A DNA stretch of 61,180 bases, the filler included, from Catajapyx aquilonaris (Eukaryota): NCBI GenBank assembly GCA_000934665.2. It is 2 parts of 2 records of this genome, joined end to end, with 100 filler letters (N's around TTAATTAATTAA, not from the genome) between each part and the next. Parts side by side here need not be neighbours in the genome. Positions count along the whole stretch, not along the records: positions 1 to 30,505 come from JYFJ02004628.1; 1 more part is not named here. One strand, given 5' to 3'. Numbering within the stretch: the first letter of the stretch is position 1; each line of letters begins with the position of its first letter. A model generated the notes under the pieces. The model searched no databases. It saw only the letters and a program-made list of their open reading frames with translations, and was not told where the DNA came from. The position numbers and the translations under genes are program-made. Below are positions 1 to 14,035 of the stretch, one piece after another.

Positions 1-3000
1 TGTGACCCGGTGGAGTTATTGGGCAGGTGACCTTTATCAAATGTCGTGAGCGTCGCAGTTATAATGGGGCGAAGTTTAGATTGGAAACAATAATTGACAG
101 TCATGCGATACCACTAAGGTTGCATTATGTAGGAGTCGTGCTACGACGAATGTCAGATGTCTTGTTGCTGGTGGGGGGACAGGTTTTGTGTTTTGTTGGA
201 ATATTGGACATTGGTGGTGATTGTGTGAAGAAAGGCGAACCAAATGAAATATTGCTTCATTTACGAGTACAAAGAAAAAACGGAGCACACATATGTTGAT
301 TTGCGCGGCATTGACATTAGCCGAAACTAATTACGGCGCTAATTTGTAAGATGCCAAACAAACCATATGCCGCCGCACTTCATCACGCATGTTTCCAAAA
401 TGCAATTAATCCGGCATCACCATTGTTTTTGGGGGCGTTTTTTTGGGGACAAAAACGCGGCCCGCACTAAATTTCCAGCCCGAATAAGAATAAAATTTTC
501 AGAAATTAACTAGTTATGAAATGTGCAGTGGTGGGGGGAAGGGGAGGGTCATAAATCGCTTGGACACCCCAGCACGTGTCGTGCCTGACAGGGATATTTC
601 GCATTTTGCGCACTACATCCAGTGTCGCAATAATAATGCCATATGTGTCCCATTTAGCATTTCACTTGACCGCTTCAGCAGTGACCTTTCCCCTAATTTT
701 GCGGCTGAAGGGACGTTATTGCCATATCAATATTGCTCGGTCCACACCCCAACCAAAATTACTCTCCGACCATTTGATGGTTTGCAATATATCGTGGACA
801 ATGCAGTGCTGTGAAGGGTTTTTGTGCCAAAATATATTTATAACGATTTTGCAAAGTTTTTTTTTCGGGCCGTAATCTCACCTTTATTTCTTTTCGTCTA
901 AGCCGTTGCCGGATATTAGACAGATTCTTTCCCCGAGATGAGATGATTATGTGTTTACCTCTCATCTGGGATGCGCATAAATTCACTCGGCGTTATTACA
1001 GTTTGCTTCGGCGCCTGCTATGAAATTTGCATGTAAGTATTTACGCGGATTTTTTTTTTGTTCCCTAGTTGCTGAACTTTTTTTTGCGCACTGCTGCCTG
1101 GGCCCCCCCTTTTTCTATTATGAGGTTTGTGTTATCTCGGGCATTCTCTCTTCTCATTCAATATTCTCCCGTGTTTTAACATGTGTTACACGTGCTTATT
1201 TGAAGTATGCAATTTCGACTGCCACAAACCAACTTTTTCATGTAGATGTCATTATGAAGAGGAAATAATTTGCGGTCGTCCCCCTCCATTTTTGGGTCTC
1301 CCCCATTTTCTGTTTGACAAATACTGAGTCCTATCCGGAACTTAAGGCTCGTACAAGATGCATGTTGCGAAAGCGGGTTGCACGAAACGTTTTTCCTTTT
1401 GTCATCCTATTCTTTCATACCAGATGATTGGTTCTGTTAGTCTCTCTAGAGACCGCCAATCCTGTGGAAGAGAGGGGGGGGGGATAGGTATGGGGTAAGG
1501 GGGGGGGGGNCTGTTTTGTTTCTCGGTATACATACAGTGGGCGTCTTTGGCAGACAGAGCAGTGCGATTGCTGACGTAAGTAACCTTGATTGACACGGTT
1601 ATGTCACATGTTTGCTATTGTTATTTGCCATGCCATTATGACTAATTGCATTTCTGTGTGACATGTACTGTTTGGGAGGTACGAGCACACCTGCTGGGTT
1701 CGTTGTGTAACTTGCGATATAAATGCAGTGGTGTATAAGCACGGAAAAGTGGCTGGTCCTTAGGATGGTCTCGAGGTAATTGTTTTGTGTTGTAGAGTCT
1801 CAATCGCGTAATGGCGATGTGTATTACTGCACAGTGCACACGTTGTATGAAACAATGCTATCTCATATTTAATGCATGTGTCCGGATCCTGACATGCCAA
1901 ACAGGTCACTAAAAATAACATCATATGCCAAATGAAATAAGCTTCAAATGATTTTTTTTGCTGGTACTGTACAGTAACTTGTAAGTGCTGTATGTATAAC
2001 AACCGCACTGTATTTTTGTCATTTTACTGCCTAATTTGCGTCACGAATATTAGCCCCGTATTACAGCATCGCATGGCTTGTTGACCACCCACGAATTTAC
2101 ACGTAATTAGCCAGCATGTAACCTTGTTACAAGTAACGTCGTTTCTTTATTTCCGGCCTGTAGTTATGTACCAAATTGCAGCTCCGCTAAAGCTCCAAAA
2201 CAGAACACGAGCACATGGCGCGCACACATAGGAAAATCCTAATGGAGTGTTTATGGTGTCAGTCCCCCAGTACAGTGCATATGCAGTCAGCATGTGTGTG
2301 GTATCCTCGGGCCAAACCCCGCATTCCATTCGGGGGGAGAGCCGTTTGTGACAAAATCCGACAACACAGCTTCCATCATCGAGTCAGCCTCCGGAGTACG
2401 AAACAAAAAAAAAAAAAAATGGAGCGACAACAACCGTGAGGTTTTTCCGTGGAAATAACAGTTAATTAATGGTGATAATGTGTAATGGTAACAGTGCGTT
2501 GTTTTAAAAAAAATAGCTCGGCTCGCTTCTCCCCTCATCATTTTTTTTCTGGCTTCTACTACATACGGTGCAATTTATATGGCGGAGGTTTCGATGGAGA
2601 TTTTTTCGAGTAGGATAATAGGATGCAACTCGGGGGATGGTGGAAATATTAATGCAGCGGTGAAGAGGCGGTCTGTTTCGAGTGCCAACGCTTGAATTTG
2701 GTGAAGGATTCCGCCCACTATATACACGCACAGAAGTATGCAAAAAGGGGGTAGTATTTATTTGTGGGTTGTTCATACTCCGTAATACCCACGCCGCTGA
2801 AAGTTAAGCCGCTATCATTTCGCATCCGGGACTCCTCATATCTGCATACATTAACAGTTGGCCCCCCCTATACCTCTGGACCTGGAAAAAAAAAAAACAC
2901 CCGGGGAATGTAATGTCGGGGAGGCTCATTCAAAATCCTGCGCCACGAAGATTTCGCTTTCAAGTCCCCTGATTTATGGAATAAGAATTATTAGGGAGCG

Positions 3001-6000
3001 GTGACGTAAACCCCTGAGCCATAAGAGCTGCTGGGGTGGCGTTAATAACAGTGTCGTTGGGCAGTTGATGGGTTGGACGCAAAGTGCGAGAGATTGGGAC
3101 CGGTTTTATATTTAGTAGGTTGGGTTTTTTTGTGTGTGTGGGTGCGTTGCGAGGCTGAGGATGAGTACGATAAGACTGGCGATAATAGGACGGAGAGAAA
3201 AAAAAATGTTGCTGTTAATTTGTAGTGGAACATATACTGGACTGAATTGTAAGCTTATATTAATTTTATTTTGTCATTAAGCCCTAATATGCAATGGAAC
3301 AACACCAAGGGACTCAATTGGCAATTTCATACAATTAGCAATTTTTGTGTCATTTTTGACAGGTTTTTTTTGCGATGCCAAAGGTTAGAAGGTGGCGAAC
3401 TATGCGCGATTATCTCGCCAACGACGCAGAACCCCTTTTTCTCCCAAAGCTGCAGTGCAGAAAACGGCCTGCTGCCTCCTTTGCCTTGTAAACAAGTATC
3501 GATTCCTTTGCAAATAATTATGCGGCGTGAAGGGAGGCGATAGCGGGCAGTCACTTTATCAAATTAAAATGCGCCCGTTTAAGGTTTTTAACGCTTAAAA
3601 ATTATAGTCCCGTTTATAGTTGTTGGCGCATAAATGTCCATCGCGCATAAATAAATCAGGGCTCCCGCACTGGATGTTGGTCGGGGATGGAGCCGCCGCC
3701 TCTGGGATTGGAGCCAAAAAATACAAGTCAGCAGAGAGCCGTTTAGGTTGCCCCGGGGCTTGCCCCCGGGCCACCAGCTTCCGGTGGCAATCTGGAAGAA
3801 CATACTCTGGACTCAGTCGCCTCATTTCCTGAGGCATTGTGAACGGCTGACCACGTAATGAAACGAATCGCCGCACCAAGGCGCTGCCTGTCGTTCTCGG
3901 AAAAAAAGATGGCCGAATTAGGGTTGGAAAGAGCAATTTTTTAAAACCCTCCAATATAAAGAAGCGGTTCTGGTCAGTCGGCCTCGCTCCTCAACTCCTG
4001 TGGCTATAAATCAGAATATATGTTATTGGCCCACCCACCGCCCGTTCAAGCCTCCCACCACCAGAGAGCAGGGGTGTGGGGATGGATACAGAAATAGCCC
4101 TCGGTTGATTCAATATGCCCTCGTAAAATGGAGTTTCATGTGTGAAATTCAACAGTCATCGACATTAACGAAAATGGACTGCAGTATATTACGAGCCGGA
4201 CCCCAAGGCGACTCCGTCCCCGACATTGCTTGGGTTTATTTCTTTTAAAATGAGGAATTTGTCACGGAGGCGAGCGCCTTTTTTTTTTTTTTGAGGGAGG
4301 TATAGGGGGAAGGAGCAGGGGGGAGAGACCACGTCGTGAAATACACGCCCGTGTTAAGCCCGGGAAATCCGTCAACTATATTTCCGCACCGGGCTGCAAC
4401 TTCCTTGTCAGGATATTGGAAATTTTGGCCGTAACAAAGACTTTTATTTCCAGCTTGATTAAAGGGTAAAAAGTCCGGAGGGGGGGTGTGCTGGGTGGGT
4501 GTTGCAGTGGGCGAGGGAGGGTTGTAAATAAATTTTTCGTGGGGGGTAGAAAAGGGTTCCGCATTTTTCCGGAGCGGCGACTGATAGTTTTGCAATTTTT
4601 GTAGTGGTGAGTTGGTCTGTGAAAAACTCTGTGAGCATCACTGTGGGAATTTGAGCTGAAATGTCATTATTCGCCATATTTAATTAAGTAAATAATTTTT
4701 CTTATTGTCTTATTTAGTCTAAAGTATTTTTATGTCATTGTAGCACCTTCAGCGTTTTGTCCAATAAAATATCTGGCAACACTGCTTGCTAGTCTTTTAT
4801 CCAATTGGCATCCTTCCCGTCCGACCTAACAGCCGTCCTAATTGGCCACTCGTCCCCCAGCACAGCGTTGCATCATCTTACCCCGCATAATTGTGTACCA
4901 GCTCATCCCCAACTCACTCTCTCTCAACCCAACACCCTGATAAACACCACGAGTTGAGTCCCCAGCTCCAGTTTCCAGAATTGTCCGGGTTAATTTCCGT
5001 AATGCATCCCCGGTCGGTTTTAGGATATAGTGTCGCTATCGCTCCGGTCGGGTGTCTTGGTCGCAATTGGCAATCCACGCATGTTGTTGGCAACACACAC
5101 AAGTGATGGCGTGCGATTGCCAGCCCTTCCCACCGTCCTCGTCTCTTCTGCTGCTGGGGTGGGGTTGTCCCAGAAAATGATGTCCGTTTATCCGTCCGTC
5201 AAGGACAGGATTAAATGTTCCGGGCCGCAGCCATAGGCGGGCGAGTATTATTTTTCCACCCAACAGCAGATAAGAGTGACGGCCACGTTTCAGTTTGTTG
5301 CGGAATTGGCTCCGGATATATGTGTGCCTTGCCACTGTTTTTTTTTCTGCATGGGGAGGGAGGGGGGCTCTCTTTATCTGGGGAGGTACGGAGAGAGGGG
5401 GAGGGGGACGGGGAAAAATTATGCCCGTCTCTCTTTTGTGCCCGGTTTTTCGAGCTGTCCCGAGTCCAAATCCGGGCGAATATGTGCTCTCTTACGGTAA
5501 TAAATACGTGCAACTTTTCGTTGATCCGCGACCAGGAAGCTCCGAATATCTCTCGGCACACGCTAAAATGCGAATAAACCCGGTTGGAAAATGCAGAGCT
5601 CAGGCTGTACTGGGTGTTCCATATTATTCTAATTTTTTTTTGAACGCGTACAAAGCACTGGTACTGATTTTCAAGAAAGCTGCGAACAATGTAGCAATCT
5701 GATAATAATCGTGCGTGACACAGCCAATCGTTTTCTGAGTAATGCATTACGTACAAATTACGCCAGTCGGTCATGACACTATCAGGAAAAGTGTTACGTC
5801 ACTGTGTTATATCCGAGGCGATGGGGGTTGCTTGGCGCGTTACTTCGTAGCTTTGTGTGTTTGTGTTTACCTCGGCGCCTCTTTGTTGTGACACTGACCA
5901 CTTCGTAGAAACAAAACCCGGTTAGCAATACGCACAACACCTACATTATTTTTTTCCTAGAAACACCCCCAGTAGTAAACTATTGACTCCAAGCCTCGAA

Positions 6001-6194
6001 GTGCTTCTTAGAAGCTGACCATGCAACATAACGCACACACGTGGTGGTGCATGCACAGAGGCGTGACACCTTTAAAAAATCGATGGTTAAAAAACTGCAA
6101 ATTGTCGCCAGCATGAAGACCTAAAAGGCAGAACACAAGTGATTTATATTGAGACATTTCTAGTGCGTAAGTGTACGTATTTATGCTTTATCCA

Positions 6195-6370
6195 CCACAA
6201 TGTGTCATATTATGCACCAAAGTGTGTAAAAATTTACGTAATTACCAAATATTTAGTAGAGAAACCCATGCATGTATGAATTTCCGCGTTTATGCGTCAA
6301 AGTGTGTAATATTATGCACCAAAGTGTCTAATGTTATGGGCCAAAGTGTGTAATGGTACGCGCACCAAAT
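6195..6370. repeat. Short degenerate repeats of about 21 bp (aatattatgcaccaaagtgtgt)
   Basis: Several copies visible between 6200 and 6370; probably a transposon remnant. Confidence 0.55.
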
Positions 6371-9300
6371 TTTCAGCAGTAAGGACCTCTCCCCTCCCCC
6401 CACCAAGCCTTTGTCTTTCTCCTCTGGAGGAAGGAAAAGCTTGTCAATGTTCATGGGAGGGACGCGCGGCCTAATCAGTTCCGATCTATGCTCTTATGAA
6501 CTCAATTTAAGTAATTAACTTCTGTGAGCGGAATTGGAAATGGTCCATGTGGGGCCATTCCTTCGCCCCTAGACCTCCACTCTCTTAAATTTCCAGTAAG
6601 GTGCGCTTCTCCAGGAAAAAGGAGAGCAGATCCAGGGGCTAGAGAAAGAGGGTGGAGGGTGAAACGTTTTACGGTTGTTTTGACTCGACTGGAGCGCGTT
6701 TTGAATTTTCCTTTTCTAGATCCCCCCCCCCCCTACCTCCGCTTCTGGTGTGTCGAATTAACTCCTTGCCTTGCACATTAGACTCATTAGAGACGGGTTT
6801 CCAACCCAAGAGGATCACCCTTTTTTTTTGTACCTTCAGCGGAGACGGCGGCGGTTTTAAAATGCAGCGCGTGCCACTTGCTAACCTGCCGCCTTTGGAT
6901 TTCTCCCCAGGCACTTAGCCACACTTCGAGGCTTGGCTTAAGAAGCCGAAACAGATTAATAGTTCCGAAGGAGAAGGTATTCGCGATGCATAAAGTCGGT
7001 GGCTGTCGGAATTGCCTCTCTCAATAATTCTAAGGGTTATCCTGGGGTTGTATGCAACCGCACGGTTGTACAACCGGGAGTATAACCTGCAGGCGTGCCA
7101 TCAGGGTACGCTTACTGTCGGCTTGTCCAGCGTACCCTGATGGTACGCCGCCGTACACTGTCCGGTGTGTACTAAGAAAACACTATTTATGGACCCCCCC
7201 TAGGCCCGCACATTTGAAAGTGAAATGTCCGGGGAGTCCACAAAAAAAACGCGGATTTTGTAGTGTTCGTGGCCTCAGCCTGGTTTTTGTGGGGGGGTTG
7301 CGCTCAAGACCACTTTAGAAACCAACTAATAGGGTATCACTTTTCTTCTTCAGCGCCGCTTAGGCTAATTCGGAGGAAGGTTTGCGGCGAGCGTGTAGAG
7401 TCTGCAGAAAAGTTTCGGGGAGATACCCTCGTGAAATGGCGCAAAAGGTTGATTTTCCCCTCGGAAAAGGCATGTCCCTCCCCCTCACTGCCATCATCCC
7501 CTCCTCCCCACTCTTCCCACCACATCCCGGAGTCGCTCTTTCCCTGCTGAATAGGCAAAACAGGGCAGCAGGCGTAATGTTTATAGTGGTGGTGGGCCAG
7601 GCCTTGTTTTCCTTGGGATTGCCACTGGGCTGGGTAGGGGGGTGTGGGAGAATTGAAGGGATGGGGGAGGGAAAGGGGGGGGGGGGGTCCATTACGGGCC
7701 AAAGCCCCGAGTACCCCTCTGGAATCTGTGGCGGGTGTTTGGGGGCTGCCCCCACAGCCCAAAAGCCTCTTTTCGCGAATTATCCGGTGCCGAGAAAGAA
7801 GAGTCCGGTGGCTGATACAGCTGCTTTGCCGCATTTAATTTGCATGTCTTGTTGTTTACCCCCCCTCCCAAAGCTTGGGTCTCCAGTGGCGATGGGGTTA
7901 AACGCCGGAATCAAGCGCCTGGACGATATAAGGAATAGAGACCTGGACGTGCATGTGCCCCCGAAATGGCCTGAACTTTTCCCAGTCAGGTTGCCTGCAT
8001 TCCAGGCTTTGACTTGAGACTAATTGAATATTAAAACAGGGGGGTAGTTTCCGGTTGTGATAAATGTGGCCACTTCCAGTGTCCCGAAGCCTCCCGCATG
8101 CTGCTAATAACCGTTAGGTGAGCCATCTGGATCCACAGTGGTCAGGAAAAAGTGGTCATCCATCTCTGCCACGGTTCAAGTTCTGAATCGGGGGGAGGCG
8201 GGGGAGAGGGACAGAGCTTCAATTGCCACACGGGCAGGTGGTTTCAGGGAGTATACTGTATTAACCCACAGTTTGCAACGAGTGTTTTTAAATATGCAAG
8301 GTATTTCTGATGATTGCATCAGATGGAATTGTAGTGAATATGATTAATTTAGTTCGTTTGCATTCGGGTCATTTTCACAGGGTGCGTCAGCAGGAAAAGT
8401 AACACCTTGCGTGAAGAACCTTACGTATTTTTATACCTTTACACATGATCGTTGCCCGAAGCCTGCGTTTTTTTTACGTAAACGTAAAAAAAATAACGTG
8501 AAAATTCCTTATAATAAAAAAAAATCCTGCCTACATGGGGGGATCCGAAATCTCTCCCATTTGATAAAACCGAGGGTCATCATGTGTCGTCCCCTCCCCC
8601 CACCATCTCCTTCGGGGAGCTTCATTTCGAGGGGGAATCCCCGCAAGAATTTAGTCTGGAAGTCGAAAAGCGCGGAGTAGGCAAAACAGGAGGAGGGGGT
8701 AATGTTTATCGCAGGGAGCGTCGAGCGTTGCATCTGGCGTCGGAAGGCGTCGCGGGTAGCAATCTGCGGCCTGGGAGCAGTTTGAGGCCTGCCCCCTCCC
8801 CCCCCCTTCTCTCTTTCCATCCAAAACCACACCCCAAGCACAAGGAGGTTTGGGAGACGAGTGATAGATCGGGACTCGCTTTTCCCTTCCTCCTACCCAC
8901 CCCACACCCCACCAAACCCTCCGGATATAAATGGCCGGCCTGGCGTTGTCCACGTTTTGGTCCATTAGCGCACTTTGCCACTTTCGCTCGCACCTCACTC
9001 CGGAGGGAGGTCGGTTTTCTCGCTTTGACTTCGCATTACGGCCCTCTCTCATACCTACCAACCCCCCCCTCGCTTTACGCTTCCACACCCATCCCCCACC
9101 CACCCACCCACCCCTGCAAACTTCCCGAAGCGTTCGATTTCATATGCAGTAAGCACCGTCGTATAAAGCCAACACCCGTACAGCATATTAAGAGACTCTT
9201 TTTCAGGAGGGGCGGTATGGATGGGTGGACTGAGAACGGGGTGAGGCTGAAGGGGGGGAAATTTTTGCGAGGGGGTGGTGGCAGCGTGTCAAAATTTTCT

Positions 9301-10596
9301 GCCCTTCCCCCCCACCCCCATAGGGCCGGGTTTCAACGCAATGGTTTTTTTCTTTCTTTGTCATTCCAGTCTTGTGGTCATTTGCGATTTTGTTGGCCAC
9401 AACTGTGGACTGTGAAATAGTTTTGCACCAAAGGCTGAGTTTTTGAAACTTCTGGACCGTGTGTACAGGGTGGCTCCCTCATGTGCAATTCGTCTGAGGT
9501 AGGCGGGCAGGCAGGCAGGTCTCGCAGGCAGCAAGCAGGAGAGGGCTGGCTTCCCAATCATTAACGAGCAAGTGTTGGAGCATGAAAGCAGGCAACGTGA
9601 TGATAAACCGTTTAGGGCGCCATGCTCCCGGGCCGCCGCCGGAGCTGCATGTTAAGATGATCTCAACTCAATTTGTGTCTCGGGGGAGCCCGCCATCTAA
9701 TGACGGAAATCTTGGTCAAATCTGTCCCCGATGAACCATCAGGCGGCGGCCTACCCTAGCGGAGAGAGCTGCTCTCCCCCGCCTTCCCCCAGCAGGAATG
9801 CCAGCCTGATTTATTTGCCAAGAAGGAAAGGACTGGGTTAGCATCCCAGATGACGATGGATCACATTATGTGTTCAGACAGGAACGGACCGGCATGTTCT
9901 GGCTCATGCCCATTTTTCTCCTATTTGCGGTTAATTCACTGCACGCACACAAATTGGCGCCGGAAGGTACAGCGGTCGCCAGGTACAAAGTGGCTCTTGT
10001 AACTTTAATAGCCGGACCAAGCCTGCACGCGCCTTCGCCCATAACAAGCGGGCTTGAAATATTAACCATCAGTCCCCGTGCAAACAAACACACAATGTCA
10101 CCCAACACACAACAAGGGGGGGACAAAACGCAAGTTTTGCAGGAACAGAGAGCATAACCCTCCGCACTGGTTTTATTATTTAATCTGCTCCGAAGGGGAG
10201 AGCTGGCTGGTCAGCAGGCATTAAAATCCCTATCTCAAGTGGGTTGGAGTTAGATTAGAGCGGTCCATTTCCTTGGGAAGTCTCCCTATCAGGACACTTG
10301 CATACACTGTTCTCAAGGGATCGCTTTTCTGGAGGTGTGATCCGCGTTCCTAACAGGTTGCCTGCAAGTCCAGGCGCACTTCCCCTCTTCACCTCACCCC
10401 CTCCTTTTCCGGTCAGTCTGTCGGGAGCGGGTCATCCGTATATTAAATCCCGGAAAACCGCCGTGGGCAACAGCCTGGAGATAAGACCCAGGGTTGAATC
10501 CGAGCCGAAGAAAAGCGGGCGTGAAGAAATGGCCTTTTCTTTTTATGTTTTCAGAGTTCCCATCGTAACTCAAGCCTTGCTCCGGAGGGGCCTCCC

Positions 10597-10601
10597 TCTC
10601 T

Positions 10602-10648
<47 letters not shown>
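10597..10648. repeat. (CT)n microsatellite
   Basis: Direct inspection. Confidence 0.95.
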
Positions 10649-10653
<5 letters not shown>

Positions 10654-13600
10654 AAAAGATACGTTTGCATCCCTCCTCTTGGTCCACGGCCCTGCGGCTT
10701 CATCTCTCATTTCTGTGCCGCCATTAATATAAGGAGGAAGTGGCGTCGGGCGTGCATTCTTTCAATGCAGCGCGCGTGCCCTCTCGCCATTGTCTTCGGG
10801 CCCTCGTAGATCAGACTTTGGGGTGGGTGGGGAGGGGTGGGGTGGCTAGAAATGGCCCCATCCAGAACAAATATTTACTTCGTCTAGTGTTCTTTGCATG
10901 GGGAAGTTTGCGGGGAAAGGAGACGCCCGCAATGAATGATAAGACGTTAAAATGCATTACTATGATGTCACATGAAATAAAAGCCATACACAGAGGCGCA
11001 TTATGTGAAAAATATGGAAATAATATTGCTGCCGGCAAGCAAAACAGCCCTCCGCATAAGAAATATGTGATAAGGGATCTTTCCCGTGGAAGGGATGAAA
11101 CGTGGAGGCGACTTTTTAAGTCGGTCCCCGTGCGGCCAGTGAATACCAATGGGGTGTAGGAAAAGGGGGGGTTGCGATGAGCTGGGAACTGGCGTAACGG
11201 GAAAACAAAGGAGGGGGGGAAATGGCGGCCCTTCTTTTTTTTTTTGAAAAGGGGGGGGGGGGATATCCTCCCCACCTCCCCACATTTTGACTGCGCCATC
11301 AGCGCCCAGCCGGTGCACCAAGGGGAGTTTGCAGGTTGGAGGAGGATATGATGGTGCAGATCAGGTGCTCTCTGCATTCTTGCCCCATTACGATTGGCAT
11401 GCTTGCGGGGGGTGCCAGACAATATGTGACACCCGGTGACAATGAGCCAGAAAAAAATATTATTAGCAAGAACCTGACATAATATTGCAGCTGTTTTCTC
11501 AGAATACAAATGGCATGATGCGTTATGTAAGAGCCGAGTCGATATGAGCCTAACGACACACACTGTATGGGGGGCAGAGTGTTTACGGCTGTTGCACGTG
11601 CATGCACAACAGCTTATGCCGGTTTCTTCGGACCATCGGGCAGTAAAAATTTCAGTATTGCACTCACACACGTTGTGAGGCTATCGAGGCGCAATTCGCA
11701 TGCCGGATGACCTATAAATAAAAATGTAAAGTGCGGGGCACAGGAGCATGCATGCAGCACAAGAGCAAGTAAAAAAAAAGTGTCCGAATTGCCGCAATGG
11801 GCTCTAATCTCTTATAAGACTACCTATCGACCCACAGTATAATTGGCCATCAGTTTACAGAGGTCATAACAAACATACAAAGCGTGACGCCAATCGTAAT
11901 GGAAACGGATTTCGATAAGACTCGGTTATTTGTAGCTATATAACCTTCAAGTTCGTAATTCTACGAAATACATAGTTTTTTCGAGGTACTTTTTTTTCTA
12001 GTTTCCAAGCATACGCTGGGAGGGATTTGAATCAACTTCCTTCACTTTTTCGGCATGCTTGCAACATTATACACAAGAGCGGAAGGTTTTTTTCGTTACC
12101 CCCCTAGTGGCCCCCTCAAAAGTGCGCCACAGGGTAAATTAATACAGGAGACGGTGAAATTTTTATTAACAAAGTGAGTGTAAACTATGTTCGAGCATAA
12201 AAATTCATCGGGAAGGAAAAGAGGGAGGTTTTCTGTTCATTTTTTTTCTGGAAGTTACACTGTTTACAGTACATATGGGTGCTTTGGGTATAATGTGATT
12301 AAAGCTGCTGTAAAATATTAGGTTGAATTAAGGGCAATTTTTGTTTGGTAATATTAGTCGGATATTTTTTGTACCCATCCTGGGTCAGCATATCCTCTGA
12401 ACTCTGACCTAACATTTTCGGCGGCCACAAACAAACCCCCTCCTCTCCCTTAGTCCCTCTCTTCTGACAAACAAGAGATGTGTTACGCAATTATTAAAGG
12501 CAGACCCTAATTGATCCTTAATTATTCAGGGCGTGACAGGTCCTCCGCTGTGCCTGAGCAACAGTCGACTTTGGGCTATCAACTGTTTCAGCCCCAAGGA
12601 AGAGGAGGCTTTTCTGTCGCGGTGGTAGTGGCTTGGGAGGGGCAGTTACAACCCGGAGAATTTCCAGGATTAGTCCGGAGAGGACTTTGGGCTTTTCTTT
12701 TCCTTCACCTGCTTGCTAGAGAGACGTGGGTTTTAGTGTTAGAGTAACGTGACGACGTCCAAGTTCATTTGCGCAATTTGGGGGAGGTCGACCCCCCCCC
12801 CCCAGGTTGGTTATTAATTATTCATCCGTTTTATGGGGGGTTGACGAAAGGTGCTATAGTACTATACGGATTTTGTTCGGCTTAAATGGTTACGAGAAAA
12901 GTTGTGAATCGTGCGCCAATTTGCTATTAACCACCAGTCGACGACGTTATCGACGGCATCTACCCTAAGAGTGATGGATCACATCGTTGTCTGACATTGT
13001 GTCCGTAACGTATTACCACACTTCAAGGTAAATATCCAGGTGCAAATTTTTTTTGGGATGGTTCAAAAATCCTATTTGTGTTGGCTGAGTTTCTCGCCTG
13101 CTTTTCCTTCCAGTATACCCCCCGCCTTAACTAAAAGTTAGCCTTATATGGATTTCATTAAAGTAATGTTTGCCGTCGGCGCACTGGAAAATGTCCTCGT
13201 GTTTGTCAAGGAAGAGGCAGTGTCGGAATTAAAGAGACGCTGGGGCTTCTCAGAATGGAGTTTGACGGATGCTTTCTATCTCTTTTTTTTCGCAGAGAAA
13301 AGAGGGGTGGATTATAAACCGAGCTGGAAAATGCCAAAGATGGAGCCGGATTATACCAAATGCCAAGTAAAATTTGTTTTAGATCGAGCTTCAAAAAGTC
13401 TTGGGCGGGTCAGAACAAAGTGTGGAAAAACATGGTGGGCGGTTCCATTGTGAGAATGTGCTCACTTTTTTACACAATCGCTTAGTCAACTGTTACAGTG
13501 CTCCAATTAGGAATTGTCCTCTCTCCACCATATTCGGCCTCAATTTTTTTTTTCAATTCCAGTTCTATATGTGTGACCGGTCCTGAAAAGCGATTGATCG

Positions 13601-14010
13601 AACCGCTTGATTGGAGCGATATGCACGGCACATTCCAGGTATTTCTGTGCTCAAAAAAAGGACAATGCTTGAATTCGTCTTTTGTAATTACTAGTTCGGT
13701 ATTTTTAGTCGAAGTCACAGTTCCGTGACTATACGGCTCAGAGTTTGTCCCCCCTCTCTGGTGTTAGGGTTTGGTAGGTTTAGCATGAGTAGTGGATGAC
13801 CTCTCTGGTGCTGGCCACCCCCTCTTTTTCCACCTACTCTCCATCGGCATTGTTAACGAAGGGCCGGCTAGGGGCAGTTGAGCGCGACGCTGCCTCTTGG
13901 CTTTCTGAACTCCCGATCGTGTTTCACTCCACTCTGATTAGAGCCGTTTACATTCCCAGCTTGGCCGCCACCTTTAAAACACTCTCACCACTTAGGCTCC
14001 TTCTCGCCAT

Positions 14011-14035
14011 CTCTCTCTCTCTCTCTCTCTCTCTC
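14011..14035. repeat. (CT)n microsatellite
   Basis: Direct inspection. Confidence 0.9.
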
